In this document: positions 52,895 through 62,227 of the stretch, in pieces
Layout: each line of letters begins with the position of its first letter
Numbering within the stretch: position 1 is the first letter of the stretch
Assembly (NCBI GenBank): GCA_051546255.1
Contig: CP128818.1
Location: forward strand, 806,001 to 870,000
Length of the DNA stretch: 64,000 nucleotides
Direction: 5' to 3'
Origin: Meyerozyma guilliermondii
Lineage: Eukaryota
Made by a program: the position numbers and the translations under genes
Notes under the pieces: model-generated
What the model was told of the DNA's origin: nothing
The model's database searches: none
What the model saw: only the letters and a program-made list of their open reading frames with translations

Positions 52895-53401
52895 ATGCGA
52901 TTCTGTATTTTTTTCTTTCTTTTTTGGGAAATTTTTGCAAATATTGTAAAAATCGAAATCACTGAAATTTCAGTGCATAAAAACAGTTTTCCCATTACTA
53001 TACTTGACAAACACAATTATTACCGTCGTCTTCATTTCGCCCAGGATTTGGTCTGGAACAATAGCTTGTTCGAATATGCTTCGGATTTTGTTTCACAATA
53101 TGACTGCTCAGGAATACTTGCTCACTCAGGTGGACCATATGGAGAAAATATAGCGATTGGATACAGCACAATTGGAGCAGTTTCAGCATGGTACAATGAA
53201 GGAAAGGACTACAAATACGGAAGTGATAAAGTCTATAATCATTTTACGGCGTTAATTTGGAACACTACTTCACAATTAGGCTGCGCTTTAAAAGAGTGCG
53301 GAGACGTTTGGGGCAAGTATATTGTATGCAGCTATTATCCACCAGGCAATGTGGTTGGTCAGTCACCATACAATGTGTTCCCACCTAGTCCACAACTGTA
53401 A
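52895..53401 (+). CDS. CAP/SCP-domain (PRY-like) secreted protein
   Basis: Signal peptide MRFCIFFFLFW; HNYYRRLH, HSGGPYGENIA, HFTALIWNTTSQLGCA, IVCSYYPPGN. Confidence 0.88.
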   Translation: MRFCIFFFLFWEIFANIVKIEITEISVHKNSFPITILDKHNYYRRLHFAQDLVWNNSLFEYASDFVSQYDCSGILAHSGGPYGENIAIGYSTIGAVSAWYNEGKDYKYGSDKVYNHFTALIWNTTSQLGCALKECGDVWGKYIVCSYYPPGNVVGQSPYNVFPPSPQL

Positions 53402-54821
53402 GCTCTGAAACTTGGGTAAAAGTTTCAAAAAAGCCTTTGAAAAGATCCACCAATTTCTTGATATCAAACGAGCCTCCAGTCTCTCGAATAGAATGCATTG
53501 AAAGTTGCGGGTTTCCCAAATCCAAGGTTCTGATACCCAACTTTGCCGAGAGAGCAGGACCAATGGTGGAACCACATGGGTGATCATTACGTACCACAAA
53601 CAATTGCAATGGAACTTTGGCCTTGTTGGCGATCTGTTTCAACATGACGATTCCAGCAGAATTCGTTGCATATCTCTGATTGGCATTGATCTTGATCACT
53701 GGGCCACCATTGACTTGAGGTTTGTTCTTTTCGTCGTAATTCAGGACATAGTTGGGGTGAAAACCGTGGGCCATATCTGACGAAAGCAAGAACGAATTGG
53801 CTCTCAATTGGGGCAGAAAGGGCACAAAGGACGATTCCACCTTTTCGATGTCGATACGAGAAATTCTCTCGAGAACATCAGGTAAAAATGACGATTCCGC
53901 ACCCTGAGCAGAAACCGATCCAATTTCTTCGTGGTCGAAAAGCGAAATCATTTGGATATGATCGCTTGAATTGGTTTCCAGAATGGCTTGGATGGCACAG
54001 TAGCACGATGTCAAGTTGTCTAGACGGCCAGAGAATATGAATTCGTCATTAAGACCACCCAATGTCGAGTCCTGGTAGTCGTAGAGAATCAATTCAAAAT
54101 CCTCAATATCCTCGACTTTTACGTCCAAATCTCTAGCAATTAGCTCAAGTAACGTGTTGTTGTGTCTCTGGACCACCGACTGAACAGATTCAAATTGTTC
54201 GCTGGACATTTGCAATGCTGGATCGTCGGCACAAGACGAAGGTTTTTCAAGTTCATGTTTATCGTGAGCAACCTGACCAGCTATAGGCACCAATTTCTCC
54301 TCTTTATTGAACTCGAACTTCTGATTCGCCAGACGGTCGAAATGAATCGCCAAGGTTGGAATCCGTAATAACGGCCTATGAAGATTCACCAACTTGGGAA
54401 CCAATTGGCCATTACTCTTGACATATACACGTCCAGCCACCGACAAATCACGGTCAAACCAAGTATGGGCTAACATTCCGCCATAAACTTCAACTCCAAT
54501 TTGCATAAAACCTTCCTTATTCTTCTTCGAAATAGGCTTGATCCGAAGACATGGAGAATCGGTATGAGCTCCAACAATCGCAACTCCATTTCCATTTCTG
54601 TATGAGTTTCCCACGCTAAAGGCGATCAAAGAAGATGTGTTTCTGGTGACAAAATACTTGCCATTTTTTCCAACTTTATCATCCCAAGCATCCTTCTCTT
54701 TCAATTCTTGAAATCCAGAATCAGTCAATTTTTTCTTTGCATACGCCACGGCATGGTAAGGCGTAGGAGATACATTTAAGAAATCCACAAAGTTCTGGGC
54801 GTATTCCAATGGCTCTGGCAT
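53385..54821 (-). CDS. APE4: M18 aspartyl aminopeptidase
   Basis: SPTPYHAV, GAHTDSP, TWFDRDL, RLDNL, FDHEEIGS, SSDMAH, CGSTIGP, LSMHSIRE; first ATG at 54821. Confidence 0.96.
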   Translation of the reverse strand: MPEPLEYAQNFVDFLNVSPTPYHAVAYAKKKLTDSGFQELKEKDAWDDKVGKNGKYFVTRNTSSLIAFSVGNSYRNGNGVAIVGAHTDSPCLRIKPISKKNKEGFMQIGVEVYGGMLAHTWFDRDLSVAGRVYVKSNGQLVPKLVNLHRPLLRIPTLAIHFDRLANQKFEFNKEEKLVPIAGQVAHDKHELEKPSSCADDPALQMSSEQFESVQSVVQRHNNTLLELIARDLDVKVEDIEDFELILYDYQDSTLGGLNDEFIFSGRLDNLTSCYCAIQAILETNSSDHIQMISLFDHEEIGSVSAQGAESSFLPDVLERISRIDIEKVESSFVPFLPQLRANSFLLSSDMAHGFHPNYVLNYDEKNKPQVNGGPVIKINANQRYATNSAGIVMLKQIANKAKVPLQLFVVRNDHPCGSTIGPALSAKLGIRTLDLGNPQLSMHSIRETGGSFDIKKLVDLFKGFFETFTQVSELTVVD

Positions 54822-54885
54822 CGAGAATAATGAATAATGAATAAATGGAGCCGTACAGTTTAAGGCAAAGATGCAGGCAAGTGCG

Positions 54886-54914
54886 ATCACGTGATAACGT
54901 GATAATACAGATAA
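54886..54914. promoter_or_regulatory. E-box plus GATAA triplet upstream of APE4
   Basis: ATCACGTGAT at 54886-54895; GATAA at 54893, 54901 and 54910. Confidence 0.5.
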
Positions 54915-55029
54915 TAGAGTACTTAAAATGTCTATCGATAGTGATACATTCTCACCACTAATTAACACGAATGACCCCGCTTGAGTGCATATCTATGCAA
55001 CAGGGACACCCCGCTCTCCAGCTATAAAT

Positions 55030-55830
55030 ATGAGCTGCTGGAAACTAGTACTAAAGGGAAATAAATTGTATCAGACTTTGGTTGATTCAAAGGAGTTGTT
55101 AAGTATTGATACATATTGACCTGGACAACTTATCTCCCTAGCACAACTCAATTGCAACACAAAAAGTTTTCTTTTGATTACTCAGAGCCACAACCTACCA
55201 AAGATTTTTTGAGCTTGAAGTAGATATCTTGATTTGAAAAGTTTGATTTTGACCATTTAAGGTACACACCCGTCTGGTGATAGTAATTTGCAAACGGGTC
55301 ATGTACACTTAGCATAAATTGGGATTGATTCACTTGAATTTGCAATTGAGTGTGAGATATCCAATGATGGATTGCTCAATCATCTCAACCGCAACAGCAA
55401 CCAGTACCAAACACTTTCGCATCGCAAAAGGCGAAACATCTGATTACTAGAATTGAAGGCGATGATTCTTCGGGTTTCAACTCCGATATATCATCATTAA
55501 AATCATGGAGATATTCCTGTGGAACTAGGAACTCTCCTATGATTGGGTAGTTCGAAATGTCGATCGACTCGGGAAGTTTTCAATTGTTTCTCAGGTTAAA
55601 GGAATGAGAGATCGAGGAGTATTGTTAGTTCTTTCGAAAAGTTCCTCTAACTTTTCAAGATGATCTGCACATCCTTGAAGGTAAAGGATTAAGCAAGATA
55701 TCACTACCTTGAACGATTCACAAAGGTAACATTGGGGTAATTACCCAATACTCAGACAGTGAAAGATTTAGTAACTATTGGAGTTAGTATCAATACTAAG
55801 GTACTAAAACAACAGTCTTTCCGCAAAGTT
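55030..55830 (+). pseudogene. Degenerate leucine-rich-repeat gene relic
   Basis: One stop-interrupted frame gives WKLVLKGNKL, YLDLKSLIL, VHLA*IGIDSLEF, LNHLNRNSNQYQTL and LLELKAMIL, resembling LxxLxLxxNxL. Confidence 0.5.
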
Positions 55831-56174
55831 TTGTTGATATTAACTGTGATCATTATATACAATACAATTGTGATTCGCGAGAAGAAACAGTGTCACCTAC
55901 GCTAAGGAGGAAGGATTACCCGTTACTTATTCGAACAATGGATTTAGGCCCATGCACCGTGCGGAGAGTCTCGCGACCACATCGCGCGGCGTCTTCGATG
56001 CATTGACAGTGCCGCGTAATGCGTCACTTCTGCGAACTCCGCATAATGACAGAAATTTGCAATCATATCAAGTGAGTCTGAAACAAGCAAATGTGCCAAT
56101 CAAGAAACGCTTCCACCAACTTTTCACGGGCAAACAGACCGTAGATCTTCATTTATAAGTATTTCAAATGATCA

Positions 56175-56285
56175 TCACGTGCTTATCACGATTCTTGTAC
56201 AATCTGTGGAGCACGGCGTTCCACGATGAGAACGCATTTGTAAGATGCAATGAACTTTAAATCCGTTTTTATTTAATACGCCACA
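56175..56285. promoter_or_regulatory. Cbf1 plus Met31/32-like motifs upstream of the permease
   Basis: TCACGTG at 56175-56181, CTTATC at 56182-56187, CTGTGG at 56204-56209, GCCACA at 56280-56285. Confidence 0.5.
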
Positions 56286-56309
56286 TATTGAAAATTTCCA
56301 CAATTTTCA

Positions 56310-57920
56310 ATGTCTCTAGACAAGTCCAATAGCTTGGTCGATATACAGAATAGTGCCAGGTCTGTTGACTTGGAAAATTGGCTGCAAGAACATGAGGTTC
56401 ATACCGAAGATTTGAACCGTAGTCTTAGTGCTCGACAAATTAATATGATTGCCATTGCCGGTGTCATAGGAACTGGGTTGTTCTTGGGAACTGGTAAGTC
56501 TCTTGCAACGGGAGGTCCATTATCACTTTTAATATGTTATGCTTTAATCGGGTTGGTGGTATACTTGACCATGCTTTCGCTTGGAGAAATGGCTACCTAC
56601 ATGCCAGTGTCAGGATCGTTCACCACTTATGCCAAAAGGTTTGGAAGTGACAGTTTTGGATTTGCAATCTTGATAAATTACTGGTTCAATGATGCTTGTT
56701 CTGTTGCAAGTGATCTCACTGCGTTACAATTAGTGATGAAATATTGGACAGACTTTCATTTCTATGTGGTGTCATTGATCTTTTGGGTGTTCTTGCTCTT
56801 TTTGAATATCATTCATGTTCGCTTTTATGGTGAAGCAGAATATTGGTTGGCTCTTTTGAAAGTCTTGTCCATCATCATTTTTTTCATCATTAGCATTGTC
56901 GTCAATGCCGGTCATAATAATCTCCACGAGTATATTGGTTTCCGCTATTGGAGCTACAAGGACGCACCATTTGTGGATGGGTTTCGTGGGTTTGCTCAAA
57001 TCTTTGTGACTGCCGCTTTTGCATACGGTGGAACAGAATCCATTGCTCTCACTGCTGGTGAACAAAAGAACCCAATTAAAACCATGCCCAAGGTGGTTCG
57101 AACCGTGTTCTATCGAATCTTGGTATTCTATATCTTCACGGTGTTTTTCGTCGGCATGAATGTTCCTTATGATTATCCAAACTTGTCGAATAAAGACATT
57201 ACTACCTCACCATTTACCATCGTTTTCCTGATGGTGGGTGCAAAATCTGGTGGCTCTTTTATGAACGCAGTGATAATGACATCGGTTATTTCTGCTGGTA
57301 ATCATGCTCTTTTCGCAGGATCTAGATTGGCATACACTTTGGGAACTCAGGGATATTTTCCAAAATTTTTCACCAGAACTAATAGGTACAAAGTACCTTA
57401 CGTAGGAGTACTTTTCACTTGGATTGCAGGTGGTCTTTGCTTTGGAAGCTCGTTCATTGGAGCTGGTACTTTGTGGAGTTGGTTACAGGCTATCATTGGA
57501 GTAAGTAACCAGCTTGCATGGTGGCTGATTGCAATCACCAGTATAAGATTCCGCCGGGGATTACAAAGGCAAGGCAAAACCCATCAGCTCAACTATAAGA
57601 ATTGGACTTATCCCGTTGGACCATGGTTTGTGCTTGTATTTGTCACATTCATTATTTTGGTCCAGGGATGGGGTGCGTTTTCTCCATGGGACGTTTCTTC
57701 ATTTTTCATGAACTATTTGGAATTGGGAGTGTTCCCAGTCACTTTTATCTTTTGGTGGCTTGTAACCAAGGGTAAGGACAGATTCGTCAAGTATGAGGAA
57801 ATGGATTTTGAAACGGACAGATACTTTGCTACTGCCGAAGAAAAGCAAGAAGATGCATATGAACAAAGCCTTACTGGCTGGGCAAAATTTAAGTATAATT
57901 TTGCCGACAACTTTTTATAA
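56310..57920 (+). CDS. APC/YAT-family amino acid permease, probably Cyn1-like cystine transporter
   Basis: RQINMIAIAGVIGTGLFLG, YGEAEYW, FAYGGTES, about 12 TM segments. Substrate is inferred from promoter motifs and recalled synteny only. Confidence 0.9.
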   Translation: MSLDKSNSLVDIQNSARSVDLENWLQEHEVHTEDLNRSLSARQINMIAIAGVIGTGLFLGTGKSLATGGPLSLLICYALIGLVVYLTMLSLGEMATYMPVSGSFTTYAKRFGSDSFGFAILINYWFNDACSVASDLTALQLVMKYWTDFHFYVVSLIFWVFLLFLNIIHVRFYGEAEYWLALLKVLSIIIFFIISIVVNAGHNNLHEYIGFRYWSYKDAPFVDGFRGFAQIFVTAAFAYGGTESIALTAGEQKNPIKTMPKVVRTVFYRILVFYIFTVFFVGMNVPYDYPNLSNKDITTSPFTIVFLMVGAKSGGSFMNAVIMTSVISAGNHALFAGSRLAYTLGTQGYFPKFFTRTNRYKVPYVGVLFTWIAGGLCFGSSFIGAGTLWSWLQAIIGVSNQLAWWLIAITSIRFRRGLQRQGKTHQLNYKNWTYPVGPWFVLVFVTFIILVQGWGAFSPWDVSSFFMNYLELGVFPVTFIFWWLVTKGKDRFVKYEEMDFETDRYFATAEEKQEDAYEQSLTGWAKFKYNFADNFL

Positions 57921-57940
57921 TGAGTAATGCATGAAAGAAT

Positions 57941-59137
57941 TCACACCACCACTTGGACCTCGTACTCGTCTTCAAGCTCGGTATCGCCCACAACTCCATT
58001 GAGGTCCAACTCTTCGTCGTCAAACAATAATTTGGCTCTACTAGCGGCTGAAACATCGATCTCTTTTGCTTTCAAGTAATGAGCCAACAAGTCCCTGAGC
58101 TTTGTAGTGGAGCAGACTTGGACACTAATCCTCTTATTGTCCTTTCCTTTAAGTCCTATTTCAAAGTAATCAGCGTCTGGTTGAGAATCTGGAGTATCTC
58201 TAGGAGTATTTGCAACAGGATTTGCAACAGGATTTGAGTCACCGAGAGGGTCTTCATCGCTCAGCTCACTGTTAGCGCTCAACACAGACAATTCGTCCAT
58301 TGCACTGAGGTCTGATGAAAGTTGCGAGAGCTTTTTCCATGAGGAAGTGGATTCAAATTCTGGGTAATCAAGGTAGCTATGAGACTTTGGGTAGAGTAAG
58401 CAAGTGATGTGGGTCAAGGGTATCTTTGCTGGGTTCTGACCTATGAATTCCAAAGGGGGTTTGATGCGTAAAGTGCTGGGTTTGAAAAATGGTTTGATTT
58501 CTTGTCTGCCTTCGATCCAAGCGAGACAAGTAGTGTGCACATTATGTTGTTTCATTGGAGACCCAGGCTTCTTCCTTAGTTCTCTTAGAGCTGCCTCGTG
58601 TATTTTGTCAAACTTTTTAAGTCCTTTTGTTCCAATATCCACCGTTACAGCATTTTCAGGTTCCAATTTTGAAATGACTCGAACAACATATGATCGCCGT
58701 CGTTCATTGGAATCTGAAAAGTCATAGGTATCGCTTTTGTGGTGGCCAAGGGAGGCCGAGGTTTCTTTGAGGAACTCTAGGAGCTCGTCTTCTTCATCAA
58801 CAATGTCTTGAACAGCAATATCATCAACAGCATCATCAACAACAGTGATATCATTCAATGGTTTTTCGTCACGATTGTCCATTTTTTGATTGTGGCTATC
58901 TGAATTTTCTCGTGATGGTCCAGGAGAGCTTGTATTAGGAGCTGGTGGGCTGGTTTCGACATCGACATCGATATTGATCGTTTCTGGTGAGTTTTCGTTT
59001 CGTTTTTCGTCTTCATGATTCTCCACTTTTTTCTCTCTTGGTCTCTTTTTCTTGTGTTTTTTACCGCTTGGGGCACTCAATGCAAAGAAGTCGTCAAAAG
59101 GATCGTCCTTGCGCTTGCGTGGTCCTGACTCGCCCAT
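57941..59137 (-). CDS. ESC2: Esc2/Rad60-like SUMO-like-domain protein
   Basis: Acidic N-terminus with DDFF; C-terminal SUMO-like domain (GKDNKRISVQV..LLFDDEELDLNGVVGDTELEDEYEVQV); divergent from TFC6 as in S. cerevisiae. Confidence 0.8.
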   Translation of the reverse strand: MGESGPRKRKDDPFDDFFALSAPSGKKHKKKRPREKKVENHEDEKRNENSPETINIDVDVETSPPAPNTSSPGPSRENSDSHNQKMDNRDEKPLNDITVVDDAVDDIAVQDIVDEEDELLEFLKETSASLGHHKSDTYDFSDSNERRRSYVVRVISKLEPENAVTVDIGTKGLKKFDKIHEAALRELRKKPGSPMKQHNVHTTCLAWIEGRQEIKPFFKPSTLRIKPPLEFIGQNPAKIPLTHITCLLYPKSHSYLDYPEFESTSSWKKLSQLSSDLSAMDELSVLSANSELSDEDPLGDSNPVANPVANTPRDTPDSQPDADYFEIGLKGKDNKRISVQVCSTTKLRDLLAHYLKAKEIDVSAASRAKLLFDDEELDLNGVVGDTELEDEYEVQVVV

Positions 59138-59326
59138 AATGGTATTATAAGCTCATAGATAGGAATTCGCGATTGCAAATGTCAAAATTCACAAAAGTCA
59201 AAAATCGCGAAACAAGAATCAGTGTGTGTATTTATACTGCTTGTTTATTTTCCCGAAATTAACAGATAAAAGATTATAAATCTGCTGCTTGTGCTTTTTC
59301 CAGTCCAAATATCTAACTGAACAAGT

Positions 59327-60901
59327 ATGGCTGAACCTGGCTCTCGTCAGAGTCGAGATCTATCCTTTAAACACCGGTTTCGTCTCAACTTTGGCTTTGA
59401 TCAAACATACTACGACCAATGTTTGGCATACAAAGAGGCATGGCAAGACAAGCTTTTCTATGTAGACGAGGACATTCTACAACAACAAAGTCAATTTATT
59501 GCAAAACCTTTGAAAGACCCAAGAAACCTCGATGTGCCCGATACTCGTTTGCAGCCGTTACAACGAACGCAATTGCTGAACCACGTTTCAGAAAAGACTT
59601 TGGAAATCGAATTGTCTAGGAACAATAAGTCTACTCTTGTGAAAATTCCATTTGGCGAAGGAATCCCAATGAACCAATTGGACCGTAAAGGTTTCTTACT
59701 TAATACTGGAGGTCAAATAACTTCTATGAAATGGTTACCCCGACCACACACAACCGTGGGTCCTCTGTATTTGGCAGTCTCGGTGGTGTCTTCGTCTGAG
59801 GGCGTTGAAGCTTTGATAAGCCATAAAGAATTGGGGATTTTCAACACAAAAGTGGACGCTTCTTCCAACAAAATGGTATCTAGTATCCAAATATGGAAGG
59901 ATGAAGGATCGTCAATAACTTTGGACAAGGTCTATGTAATGACCAAGTTTGGTGCGGTCAACCAGCTATCGTTTTTACCATTTCTTCTGGCTGATCCTAT
60001 CCTAGGAATATTGGGAGGACTATGCGCCGACGGAAGACTTCGTTTCTTGAAAATTTCTACACATGATAAGTATGCCGTTGTTGAAAGCCCTTCCTTGGTT
60101 TATGAGCTTCTTGATTACCGAACACCATCTGGTACCGTCAGTTTTACGTCGTATGATTATTTGGGTCCAGACAAAATTATCGGAGGGTTCTCTGACGGTT
60201 CTATGGCCGAGTTCATTATTCCCAACTTGAACGATTCCCTTTACAACACCCCCTCGTACGTGCAAGCCATAAGCGACACTGCTATCACCGCCGTCTCCGT
60301 CGCTGAGCCTACTCCAGGCAAGTTTTTCGTTTCCGTCAACACCACTGGCAGTTTGGGATTTGTGTTTGAATACGGAAATTTTGTCCATGGCCGAGTGGAT
60401 TCGTCTCCCACCAATTCCTTTTTAAAGCCTGTTGCCCATCCATTCTTGAAGATCTTTGTCAGTTGCGACAGCACAGACAGCATCAGTTACAGCTTTGTTC
60501 GACATCCACAAGAGAAGCTGAGTTCAGTCCTCAAGGTTGATGGAGCTGTCACCGCATTGCATACACCTGAGTTTGTGGGCCATCCACTTGCACTATGTGG
60601 AACATCGTTCGGTGAGGTCCATGTAATCAATGTTTGTCGAAAAATACTCAACGGTACAAAGTCCACAAGTAAAACACTTGTGCCGATGCGTCTATGGAAA
60701 CTATGGAAGGAGGATGACACTTTAAAGCTATATGGAGACTTTGACGTTGTACCTTCTGAGAAAGTCACTCGAATCGCTGCTACTCCTACAGATATCGTGT
60801 TCTCGTCTTTGGCATGGAACGAGACTATTCTTGGAGGAGCAACTTATGCCGCTGGTACACTCTCTGGTTTACTAGTAGTGGAAAGATTGGTTGTGAAATA
60901 G
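59327..60901 (+). CDS. TFC6: TFIIIC subunit Tfc6 (tau91) WD40-like protein
   Basis: GFLLNTGGQITSMKW..YLAVSV, SIQIW, C-terminal LAWNE..YAAGTLSGLLVVERL. Confidence 0.8.
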   Translation: MAEPGSRQSRDLSFKHRFRLNFGFDQTYYDQCLAYKEAWQDKLFYVDEDILQQQSQFIAKPLKDPRNLDVPDTRLQPLQRTQLLNHVSEKTLEIELSRNNKSTLVKIPFGEGIPMNQLDRKGFLLNTGGQITSMKWLPRPHTTVGPLYLAVSVVSSSEGVEALISHKELGIFNTKVDASSNKMVSSIQIWKDEGSSITLDKVYVMTKFGAVNQLSFLPFLLADPILGILGGLCADGRLRFLKISTHDKYAVVESPSLVYELLDYRTPSGTVSFTSYDYLGPDKIIGGFSDGSMAEFIIPNLNDSLYNTPSYVQAISDTAITAVSVAEPTPGKFFVSVNTTGSLGFVFEYGNFVHGRVDSSPTNSFLKPVAHPFLKIFVSCDSTDSISYSFVRHPQEKLSSVLKVDGAVTALHTPEFVGHPLALCGTSFGEVHVINVCRKILNGTKSTSKTLVPMRLWKLWKEDDTLKLYGDFDVVPSEKVTRIAATPTDIVFSSLAWNETILGGATYAAGTLSGLLVVERLVVK

Positions 60902-60903
60902 GG

Positions 60904-62178
60904 CTAGTAAAAGGGAATATTCTGGTCAACTTCAGAGTACCATCTCGAGACACCGCCTTTGATATCCTTGACATTGTTCCATCCCATGTCAAGTAGCTTC
61001 TTTGTCGCCAACTGGGAATCATTGCCGTATCTGCAAACAACGTATATGGGACTTTTGGGTGGAAGTTGAAGCTGATCAATTTTGTCAATGTTAGTGGTTT
61101 TGCTAAGGACTGAATCCCAAGGAATATTGACAGCACCAGGGAAGCTCGACACTTCAAACTGTTCTTTTGGACGGACATCGAGTAGAACATGGTCCGAATT
61201 TCGGACTGAGTTATAATCATGGACCGATATTCTTTGGTCGTGAGACAACAAGTTGACGGGCCCAAGAGTTCCACAGAACTCGGAGTAGTCAATGGACTCG
61301 ATCGCTTGCCTCGTGATATGGTTGCAAAGGCAAGTTTTTTGCTTTCCCCTCATTTTGAATACTCGGAACGTCTGCTGAGGGTAGGCACTATACATGGTGA
61401 GAAACGGCTTGAAAGTGTTGTGGTAAAATCCAGTTATTACCTTGATTGCTTCGACAGCCATAGCAGTCCCCAACAACCCTATAACAGGTCCCAAGACTCC
61501 TCCTTCAGAGCAAGAAGTCACAGAATTTGCAGCCGGAGGATCGGGATAAAAACAGCGATAACAAGGGCCATTTTCGTAGTTGAACACAGAGAGCTGTCCC
61601 TCAGTACGGAGGCCAGACCCGCTGACGACTGGAATGTTAAAGTATACTGCGACATCGTTGATGAGGTATCTGGAGGCTGGGGAATCGGTACAATCGAGCA
61701 CCAAGTCGAAATCTGCAAAAATTTCAAATGCATTTTTGTTTGAAAGTCGAACTGGATAGGTGATAATGTTCACGTTGGGGTTTAGTTCCTGTAAGTAGCT
61801 CTTGGCAGACTCACATTTGAGACGGCCCACAGAAGTAGTAGAATGCAAAACTTGGCGGTGAAGATTAGTTTCGTCCACCAAATCGTCATCGACGATTCCG
61901 ATGGTTCCAACTCCTGCTCCCACTAAATACATTAGCGAGGGACACCCGAGCCCTCCAGCACCCACTACAAGGGTTTTACATTGCTTTAATTTCAATTGGG
62001 AAGTCAATGAGCCAAATTCAGAAACTATCATCTGACGACCATACCGGCGATGTTCTTCGAAAGAAAGCCCTTTGTACGACTTGATGTCATTTTGTTTTAT
62101 TTGGTGCTGCTTGGATGCCAATTCGGCCTTGAGTTGTTCGTTTTCTGCCCGTAAACGTTCTAGTTCGTGGAGATCCAT
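60904..62178 (-). CDS. UBA4: Urm1-activating adenylyltransferase/sulfurtransferase
   Basis: RYGRQMI, VGAGGLG, NLHRQVLH, CYRCFYP, rhodanese VCRYGNDS, IPFY end; tandem PAC GATGAG at 62185-62195. Confidence 0.97.
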   Translation of the reverse strand: MDLHELERLRAENEQLKAELASKQHQIKQNDIKSYKGLSFEEHRRYGRQMIVSEFGSLTSQLKLKQCKTLVVGAGGLGCPSLMYLVGAGVGTIGIVDDDLVDETNLHRQVLHSTTSVGRLKCESAKSYLQELNPNVNIITYPVRLSNKNAFEIFADFDLVLDCTDSPASRYLINDVAVYFNIPVVSGSGLRTEGQLSVFNYENGPCYRCFYPDPPAANSVTSCSEGGVLGPVIGLLGTAMAVEAIKVITGFYHNTFKPFLTMYSAYPQQTFRVFKMRGKQKTCLCNHITRQAIESIDYSEFCGTLGPVNLLSHDQRISVHDYNSVRNSDHVLLDVRPKEQFEVSSFPGAVNIPWDSVLSKTTNIDKIDQLQLPPKSPIYVVCRYGNDSQLATKKLLDMGWNNVKDIKGGVSRWYSEVDQNIPFY

Positions 62179-62227
62179 CTGAGAGATGAGATGAGCGCGG
62201 AGAAATTACAAGGTGAGAACCGTATAT

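Noticed and set aside
50620..56300. Telomerase RNA, snRNA or centromere in the two long intergenic gaps
   Set aside because: No template repeat or U1/U2/U4/U5/U6/RNase P/MRP signature recognised; the gaps are better explained by the LTR and LRR relics. An Rfam search is needed to exclude this fully.
59179..59325. Upstream exon or intron for TFC6 (CTAAC..AAG before the ATG)
   Set aside because: The only frame-preserving donor is a poor GTGTAT, and the upstream ATG is 42 bp from the ESC2 start.
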